NCBI GenBank assembly: GCA_012295275.1
Contig: CM022676.1
Span: 10,726,001-10,790,000 of the forward strand
Reading direction: 5' to 3'
Length of the DNA: 64,000 bases
From: Chrysomallon squamiferum
Taxonomy: Eukaryota > Animalia > Mollusca
The position numbers and the translations under genes are program-made. Positions 54,688 to 64,000 of the stretch are shown here, one piece after another. Each line of letters starts with the position of its first letter. Position 1 is the first letter of the stretch. The notes beneath the pieces are model-generated. The model made no database searches and had not been told where the DNA came from. It saw only the letters and a program-made list of their open reading frames with translations.

Positions 54688-56860
54688 AAAAATAACCCAA
54701 CATACAGAAAAGAGAACATTTTAATAACTTTAAAAATGTTTTATATACAAATCATTAACAAATGTAACTATTTTAAAGACAAATATTAAAATAATAGAAG
54801 AAAAAATTGAAAGCTTTATTGTCAGTGTTGAAATTCGAAACATTCAGTATGTGCATAATTAAGACGTGTACATGGAGCATGGATATTAAAGCATTTCACA
54901 CATAGTTTCTATAATGTTATGAAATGTACTGGCGCCCAGAATTAATCTGGAACGATAACTGATTTTTTGGTATGTCAAAGATCGCTCGACAAAAAAAAAA
55001 AAAAAAAAAAAAAAAATTGTATTAAAACAACAACAACAAAAGCTCTGGTTGATAACCGTCTGAATGTTTTTTTTAGCAGAAATGATAATAATAAATAAAT
55101 AGATAACTAACTAATAAATAATAACCTTTGAAATTCATGTATTGCATCATTGTATTATTTTAAAGATTAGTCTCATAATGCAGATGAGTTTATTTTATCC
55201 GTTTTAACGCGAATAGTGAAAACCTGGCAGCTTAGTAAGGCACGCCATGCTGTACGAGTGCGTGAAAGAACATAAAATACAAGTTAGGCACACGTCAAAA
55301 TTCAGAGTCTTTTTAATGACATGTTCAAAAGAAAATTTAACTTTGAACAGACTAAATTCAAACAGAGAAACATTTCAATTAAAATAAATAAAGTAGAAAT
55401 AACACCACAATTGAAATTTGAAACTGTTTAAATATGGAACCAAAAAAAAATTACATTAAAGCACTTAACGTTTAACAATGAATTTCAATAATTTTATAAA
55501 TATTAAAACACTTTAATAACTGTAAGAATACTAACAACCAACGTCAACACTTTTCTTATAAAATTGTCTTCTTTTCTGAAATGCTTTGAAATGTACTGAA
55601 AATATACCAGCATTCTAACTGATGACTTACCTCTGATTTGTAATTCTAACAAGTATTTGGCACATGTATACTAATTCACTATTTACTTACAAATGATAAA
55701 AAGAAACTCGTAATTATTACGTAACTAATAATTATAATCTGCTTAACAAACATTCTATTACCGCCAGAAAAAGTTTTAAATTCTATCCAATTATTCTAAA
55801 AATAACCCAACATACAGAAAGGAGAACATTTTAATAACTTTAAAAATGTTTTATATACAAATCATTAACAAATGTAACTATTTTAAAGACAAATATTAAA
55901 ATAATACAAGAAAAAAGAGAAAGCGTTATTGTCAGTGTTGAAATTCGAAACATTCAGTATGTGCATAATTAAGACGTGTACATGGAGCATGGATATTAAA
56001 GCATTTCACACATAGTTTCTATAATGTTATGAAATGTACTGGCGCCCAGAATTAATCTGGAACACTAACTGATTTTTTGGTATATTAAAGATCGTTCGAC
56101 AAAAAACCAAAAAAAAAAACAAAAAAAAACCACGAATTGTTTTTATCTTTATTTGACCAAAAGCTCTGGTTCATAACCGTTTGAAATTTTTTAGCAGAAA
56201 TGATAATAATAAATATATAGATAACTAACTAAATAAATAATAACCTTTGAAATTCATGTATTGCATCACTGTATTATTTTAAAGATTAGTCTCATAATAC
56301 AGATGAGTTTATTTTAGCCGTTTTAACGCGAATAGTGAAAACCTGGCAGCTTAGTAAGGCACGCCATGCTGTACGAGTGCGTGAAAGAACATAAAATACA
56401 AGTTAGGCACACGTCAAAATTCAGAGTCTTTTTAATGACATGTTCAAAAGAAAATTTACCTTTGAACAGACTAAATTCAAACAGATAAAAGCTTCAATTA
56501 AAATAAATAAAGTAGAAACAACACCATAGTTGAAATTTGAAACTGTTTAAATATGGAACAAAAAAAAGTACATTAAAGCACTTAACATTTAACAATGAAT
56601 TTCAATAATTTTATAAATATTAAAACACTGTAATAACTGTAAGAATACTAACAACCAACGTCAACACTTTTCTTATAAAAATGTCTTCTTTCTGAAATGC
56701 TTTGAAATGTACTGAAAATATACCAGCATTCTAACTGATGACTTACCTCTGATTTGTAATTCTAACAAGTATTTGGCACATGTATACTAATTCACTATTT
56801 ACTTACAAATGATAAAAAGAAACACAGTTTTAAATTCTATCCAATTATTCTAAAAATAAC
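54688..56860. repeat. Recent about 1.1-kb tandem duplication (units start at 54688 and 55798)
   Basis: Both units begin aaaaataacccaacatacagaaa and are near-identical; the second copy lacks about 60 nt near its end. The sequence is the reverse-strand homologue of the D1/D2 3' UTR. Confidence 0.92.
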
Positions 56861-57193
56861 TGTCAAAATATTATAAGATCAGTCCTTCACACTAAATAAG
56901 ATATTGTATTTACTTACAAATTAAATTCTAGAACCATATATATGTAATATATTTCATTTAGGGATATATAACTGGAAAAACTTAAAACAATAAAATAAAA
57001 TACAATCATATTAATACATTAATAAATATACAAAGTAAGTTGTAATACTAATACTAATACTACTACTACTGCTAATAATAATAATATTGAAGAAAAAACC
57101 TAAAGAAAGAAACAAGAATATAATTGAGATTGTTGTCAATATTTCATACATCTCATATCTCCGTGTTTATCTATCTCTGAGGAGTCTGTAGAT

Positions 57194-57656
57194 CTACAGC
57201 AAACCAGTGATGACTAAAGTGTTGATAAACCTGAAGAAAGATAAAATAAAGATAAAATGATAAACAAAGAATTATTAGACACACGGAAATAAACACAGAC
57301 ACAAACAAGAAAGGCATACAGACATCAAAAAAGACAACATATGTAGATAGACATCATTACATACACTGATACAGGCACATCTTTACATGTACATATAGAT
57401 AATACATATATACATACATACACAAGTACTTGAAGACGGACCGACAGAAAAGTAGATATACAGAATCACAGAAACATACAGACTGAGCGATACTAGACAT
57501 AGGTACAGATGATACATGCAGATATACTGAGAGGAAAGCTGATAAAATTAATAATACAATAAAATAACTAATAAAAAGAAAATAGTTACAAGACTACTTA
57601 CGTGATTATTGCATAAATCATTGAAGAAAATGTGGAATCGCTTCCGCTTATGTACT
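57194..57656 (-). CDS. D-type GPI-signal exon pair on the minus strand (3' end of gene E or remnant of a third D paralogue)
   Basis: Exons 57656-57602 (55 nt, phase 1-2) and 57230-57194 give EYISGSDSTFSSMIYAIITFINTLVITGLL*; the last exon is identical to that of D1. Confidence 0.75.
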
Positions 57657-59583
57657 CTAAAATAAATAAATAAATAAATAAATAATCCTTTAATTACTAC
57701 CAAATATCTAGCAGCACACATATACTCATATCTTTCAAGCACGTCTATCTCCAGAAGTGAAAGTCTTGTCCCAGTCAAGCACTTATATTCGTTCTTAATG
57801 ACCTTCAAAAATTCAAATGCTGACAACAGTAAAAACCTGTTTCTCAAAGTTTTTTTGCGGTCCTAGACTATTGATTTAATTGAAATTAGCCTCCGAAAAC
57901 TCAAAGCAGAGAATTGTAAGTTGTTCTTTAAGCAGAATAAAATTAACTTGCTATAGGTCATCTGTCTATGTAAGGCGAAGGGCTTCTTTACATAATATAT
58001 ATTTGCATACAGCCTCAAAGAACTGCCATAGTGAACTATTAACTCTTACTCATTAGTGTTTCTTTGTATTTACAAAGAAATGTATTGTGGGAAACATGTT
58101 ATTTGCAATTTAAATGTGAGTTAAGAGAATTGTACGAATTATGCTTGTAAATATGAATACATACATACATTCATATATAGATAGATAGCTAGATATATAG
58201 ATATATGCTTATATATACAGACCTGTACATGTATATTCATTAGAAGAAACTGCTGTAAATATTTGAATTCCCTGAAAATTAAACTATTTTATTAATACTT
58301 TTCAGTTTTGAATTATCAAGGTGTATCTGTGTCTGTACAAACATACACACAGGCGAAACTCGTCTAACAGTCACCTGTTCAAAATCCCACCACAAATTCC
58401 CCCAAAAGCATTTCCTTCTTTAAATGAGCTGTTCTGTGCAGTCACTGGTTTATAACCGCCAGCAGCCAATGTTTTTCACTGAAAATAATCAACTGAACCT
58501 ACTATAATGGTCACAGCTTTTCAATATTTCCAACTCTAAGTTCTGCCAAATATATATTCAGTTACCTCTATGTCACAATGTTACAGTGGTAATTCGACTG
58601 ATTATAATAAATTGTAATTTATGTTTAAAATAGATTTTTTTTTGAAGAAAAATATGTTGATTTTACTTTTATTCCCATCTTGCTACATATTTTATGAGCT
58701 TTCCAATGGGGCTAAAAGCAGCCAGAGCTTAATGCTTGCAAAATATTTAACATGGTTTTCACTGTTGAGTTAAAGCAAAAGTGCTACGTGTAGTGTTTAA
58801 AACATCCTGTTTTACAAGTGCAGGTTATTATTTCACAGACACACTCATGATCAAAGAAACAACAACACTCTGTTTATGAGCAAATCTTTATCTTTTTCTC
58901 CATGCAATTCATAAAGTTTTTGTCTGCTTGTAAGCCAAATTAACAGAGGTTAAAAAACACTGATTCTGCACTGACTGGCTGAACTCTAACTGTCTGCCAC
59001 TAACCAGTTAAAGAGAATGCATATAACATTGGCTGGGACTTTTACTGAGACTAGGATGTCAGCAATGACCACTAAGTTGGTATCATCCATGTCAGTGGTA
59101 TCCATCATTTTCCCTGAGTCAAACACGTTCGTTATGGCTGTCTTAAGTCTGTGTTTACTCAGATTCCACAAACTTGCATAATTTACGTTAATTTAATAAT
59201 GAAATGTGTTGATTAGATGAGATCATATTATATTGTGAAAAGAATCATTTTCAAGCATTCTTGACCAGTTTTTAGTTAGTGGTTTTGCATATAAAGATTT
59301 CAGAGGGTTTTATTAAGAACAGTGGAAGGGGAACTGAGGTTACATGAATGATTAGCACAAGGTTAGGGCTAACAATGTGATTATGTTACTTACTGCTTGA
59401 TGGTGTTGTTTCTGTTGTTGTCGATTCTAATATAAACACATTTATATAAATAAAACAGATAATGTGTATGAATTAAGCTTTAGTATGGTAAAAACAAGTG
59501 AAGTGCAGAAAAAACATTTTAAAAAAGAAAAAGAAAAATATCCAATAGATAATAATATTAATAGTATTATTATCACTATAATA

Positions 59584-60394
59584 TCAAAGGACAAAATGAT
59601 GCAAAAAGTGTAATCTGATTACTAAAACTAGACAAGTAACAGTAATATCTAATTTACAGATTATAACTGTTATCAGATCAAATGTAAATATTCTGTTCCG
59701 TCTCATTAAAACATCCATACAGGACATTTCACAACAAAACACACTGACAGCACAGGTCAACAATTGGTAATTTCTGGGTTCAAACCATACATACTCAACA
59801 TATGTATTGGTGAAACTTTTCTGATGATCAACATTATTGTAATTCTGTCTGGTAGGATGTTGGCTCTCTGCTGTATTGTTGCTCACATCAGTTTTATTCA
59901 GTGAATCAGTGACTGACTGTTGACAAACTTCAGATTTTGTGAGTTCTTTACAGACATCTTTACTGGCTGGTTGATTTGCAGGTTTTACATTTGTCTGATT
60001 ATATGAGTAATCTTCAGAACTTTCATTATCTTCATCACTTCCAACTTTACCAGACATATTGTGTGAAGATTCATTAGCAATCCTATCTTTGACAGTTTCT
60101 ACATCTTCAGTGTCAGTGTACTCTTGAATATTACAATTTTCTTCTGCTTTGATATCAACAGATGCTTCAGTTTGAGACTTTTCAGTATTCATTTTACTAC
60201 TCAGTTCAATATTTGTAGTTTTATCATTTTTCTTTGTGTTTTGGTTTCTTAGTGATATCAGACAGCATGTTATGATTATACAAGACCTGTGACACTGATA
60301 ACTGTAATGAGGATAATACAAACTAAGTTACAGTCAGAACCTGATCCCAGGTTTGGAGTTGTTGTAGGAACATTTGTTTAATTTCTTTCTTCTG
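59584..60394 (-). pseudogene. Disrupted TM + cytoplasmic-tail exon of gene E
   Basis: tttag acceptor, phase 1: AEERN*TNVPTTTPNLGSGSDCNLVCIILITVISVTGL / frameshift / CIIITCCLISLRNQNTKK... then a long acidic S/T-rich frame. In-frame TAA at 60380-60378 and frameshift at about 60282. Confidence 0.6.
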
Positions 60395-61085
60395 CTAAAA
60401 AGGAAAAATGTCATTCACTGGTCCATCCATTACTTGCAGTTTTATTTAAAAAATTAAAGTCTGGAAATAAAAACAATTCATGACCCTATCAAAATGATCT
60501 ATCATTTTCTATGTGAATAAAGTTATGGCTGTCACAAATGAAAATATACCAGACCTGTCACTAAATTTGATCAAACTGTTTCTAATTTGCCATATTTTAA
60601 TTTGTTCATGTTATTCAAAACCAAATAAAACTCTGCAATGAAGCCGGTAAGAATAGACTCTGGTATCAAAATTAAGTTACTGACTGGGACATAATTATTC
60701 ATCTGGTCATGTTTTAAGAAGTAAACCCGGATCTCGCTGCCTGAATAATTTCTGAATAGGTCAACAAATCATTCTCTGAAGAAAACACAAATATTTGTTC
60801 CATTACAGTGAGATTTAATTAATCTTAAAGCACATGCACACTATTTTACAGTTAGCAGCACTGAATCAATTCTGTACAACTAATCTAAATCATCGTTAAT
60901 ATCAAAATGTTACAAATCATACATTTCAAATAAACAATATTTGTTAGGTGCTGGTTTCTTTCAGACTTGTTACTAAAAAGTACACATTCACATACACACA
61001 CATGTACACACACATACACAACATGCATTACATTTGAAACTACTGCTTCATTTATCAAAATAAAAATTAAAAAAAGTGTAATTAC

Positions 61086-61424
61086 CTTGTATATGTAGTT
61101 CAATTTTGTTACTTGAGCTGACAGCAGGGATACTTTGGTTAATCATGAAGTCATTTGTAGCAGCACAGAAAACTTTCTGACCATCATGTTCTCTGCTGGC
61201 TGTGTACGTCACATTTAATAGTATCCTTCTATAAGAAATAACAGGAGATACAGTGATCCTGACAGGAAGCTTGTTACTGTCTACGTACCACAAGATCTGT
61301 GAAACAGTCGGTGCTGGTTTGGCTCCCTGTACAACACAGGTAAAAACAGCAGAGTTTCCCTCAGTGATCTGAAATGAGTTTTTTTTTTTTCCAGAAATGT
61401 TCATGTACACAGAATTAACTGGAG
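61086..61424 (-). CDS. Gene E exon: C2/CD80-like Ig domain (upstream exons not found in the window)
   Basis: 339 nt, phase 1-1, ttccag/gtaatt; APVNSV...TEGNSAVFTCVVQGAKPAPTVSQILWY...SREHDGQKVFCAATN...IELHIQ. Confidence 0.85.
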
Positions 61425-63362
61425 CTGGAAAAGGAAGATAAAGAAAATTCACTGTACTATTCCTTATGATGTAATCAAACCATAAAACACAGATATTTAT
61501 TAAGTTTATGTCAAATAGCAAATATTAACAAACAGAAAGCAAGATATAGTTCTTATTAAATGATCTTAAAAGAGTTATTTTAATTAAATGGTAAAAATGC
61601 TGAATGTATCTTCTACAATGGCAAAACTATATTATTATCAGTGCACATTTTAATAATTTCAAATAGGTTTGTCTTCAATCAGATAAAAAAAAAATAGATA
61701 TATATAAAAAAAATTAAACAAATTATAAATTAAAATATATATATATAAAAAAATAATAATGAAATAAAAGAAATCCCTGTTTCACTGAAGCAGATATGTC
61801 ACAAAAATGGGCAACTTGTTATTTTTGCAGAAAATAAGAAAGTTGGCATTAAGAAGTGTTTTAGACAATTTAGTAAAAATTGTACTAGATTATATATATT
61901 GTTATAATGTTCTACTTGGGATATAAAATTATTCTAGGAAACCGTTACCTCTGTAAATTTAAAACATTTCTGAGTGTACTGATGCTGCCTTCTAAACATG
62001 ATATGATTTTTATGTCATTATTGTTTTTGCTTTCTTTTTTGTTTATTTATAATTTAAATTTAAATACACATTTTCTAGAACTATTAATTTTAGATCTTCA
62101 GTTTAACAAATTTATTTTATGCTCACTTGAAGACATTTCAAGTGTAAAATTCAGAATATTATTTTTTTTAAATCTCCTAATTAACAATGATCAGCCTCTT
62201 GTTTAAACAAGTGTCATTTTATTTAAAGTAAATTTTGTGTGTGTAAAATATGAATTTTTTGTTGTTTTCTTTCTTGTATTTTTTTTAACAAATGAGTTAT
62301 TAAATACATTTTACATGATTTTATTGTAATGGTTTTCATTTTCATTACACCATGAAAAATATTTGTAATAACACAAAATACAAATATTATCAAACTTGGC
62401 AATATGTATTAAATGCAGATTGTAAAAACTTTTGTTACTATAAGATATGCCTCAAGTGTATAATATCCCATATAATATATATATATTTTTTTTTCAGCTG
62501 ACTTTTCCCAGTTGTCTTTTTTCTAATGCCATCTACCTAACATTAAACCACGTTAAATTGGTAAGATACTGTATTATAGGTCCAAAAATAGTTTGAAATA
62601 TATATAACAATGTGATTTGCATATTTATTAGATAGCTGCCAGTTACAACTTGCTTTAAATTGCTAGAATATAGATTCTAGGTCTTCAGATAGTGCAAAAT
62701 ATATTGCAATGCAATTGGGTAACACCAAATTTGAATAAATGAAAAATGGCTCTACATATATTATCAAACACTTTTTATACTTTAGGTGAATGACATGAAT
62801 TAGTATATAATTATGATGCCATAAAATCAGCTGAACACCCCAATATTTACACACTTCAGGCAAACTTGTGAAAGAGACTGAAGGATAACTTATGGCATAT
62901 TTAATGTAACATCATTTATTCAAGCTACTGAGGATTCTTCTCTAAGCTTTCAACAAAGATGAAGTTCTTTTCTTCTTTTGTTTTTTGTAAAGGTTGTAAT
63001 GCAAGTGAACCAAAAGATCTAGGGGTTATTAAAGATTTGAAAGAAAAAAAAGTATTGTAAAATTCAATGAGCTAGGCCACATAACTGACAGGAAGGTAAA
63101 ATTTAGAAAATAGCAGTAACATTAAATTTTATCAATAGGTGTGGTTTCATCAAATGGCACATCTGCTGAAAACATTAATTTGAGCTTTACCATCATTAAA
63201 CAGGGTTCAAAATGAAGAGACACAAACACCAGCACCATATGTTACATTTATCAACTATTGTTCTTTTTTATAACATGACATTTTAAAACAAATGTGCGTA
63301 ATAGAAACTGGATATGGTTCATAACACAAAATATACAGAGGTGGACAAATATGATTAACATA

Positions 63363-63408
<46 letters not shown>

Positions 63409-63528
63409 TGCATTCATTTTATTTAATTAGGATGTAAATAAGTGCTTGGATTTTTCACCTATTTCAACTCAGCAATGTATTTTACAGAATAAGTAAACTA
63501 ATGGTTGAAGTTCCATTCTTAGGTCAGA

Positions 63529-63572
<44 letters not shown>

Positions 63573-63690
63573 GGAGATCACCATGTATGAAATTCATAGT
63601 TGTATAGGAATCAGATGCCAAAAATGAGATTGTGACTGATTTCATTTCATTTGGGTATGAACTAAACAAAAATCGTAGGAAGCAAAGTTT

Positions 63691-63890
63691 TGAAAATGGC
63701 ATATTTTGGAGCTACTTCACCAACTTCAGTGATGTTTGCCTCTATCTTGTATATGTGTGTGTATGTATATATATATATATTTATTTATAAATGTCAACAA
63801 TGTTAATCAGGATGGAATTTAATTGATATACAAGATAGAGGCTAACATTACTGAAGTTGGTGAAGTAGTTCCAAAGATATGCCATTTTCA
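63691..63890. repeat. Fold-back inverted repeat: about 63-nt arms, about 73-nt loop
   Basis: tgaaaatggcatattttggagctacttcaccaacttcagtgatgtttgcctctatcttgtata (63691-63753) versus its reverse complement at 63827-63890, with about 4 differences. Confidence 0.85.
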
Positions 63891-64000
63891 TATAATAAAT
63901 TAATACCTTGATGTTAAAAATTAAAATTGAAAAATATTTTGTCTTTGCTGATTTTACAGTTTCACATATTTTCATTTTATATCTAACTTGATGTAACATA

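Noticed and set aside
58340-58520. Possible Tc1/mariner-derived MITE remnant
   Set aside because: Only a vague resemblance; no paired TIRs or second copy could be identified in the window.
58986-59171. 61-aa minus-strand ORF between the TM and GPI exons of gene E
   Set aside because: There are no convincing splice sites or recognisable motif.

Overview
This is AT-rich, microsatellite-saturated eukaryotic DNA with GT-AG introns. It comes from an invertebrate animal, plausibly a mollusc (inference only). Most entries in the supplied ORF track are simple-repeat artefacts. Reading splice sites by hand shows a cluster of at least five small, divergent immunoglobulin-superfamily (IgSF) surface-protein genes, built one domain per exon with phase-1 introns. 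Gene A (+, 1445-8550) has a signal peptide, 3 Ig domains and a TM helix. Its cytoplasmic tail is assembled from a tandem array of 8 intact (plus 4 decayed) symmetric 45-51-nt micro-exons. Gene B (+, 11050-13393) is a single 6-Cys V-like domain with a GPI-type tail. Genes D1 (+, 36838-42878) and D2 (+, 47588-52774) are tandem V-C2-GPI paralogues about 64-73% identical; D1 has a mutated V-exon acceptor. Gene E (-, 5' part not found in the window) has a C2 exon followed by candidate secreted, broken TM and D-type GPI 3' ends. An unrelated two-exon gene C (-, 26259-29818, about 498 aa, low complexity) lies among RFX X-box motifs. The window also holds inverted and tandem duplications, minisatellites and a decayed transposase-like fragment. 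Several frameshifts fall in homopolymer runs and may be assembly errors. All gene models are manual and have no transcript support.
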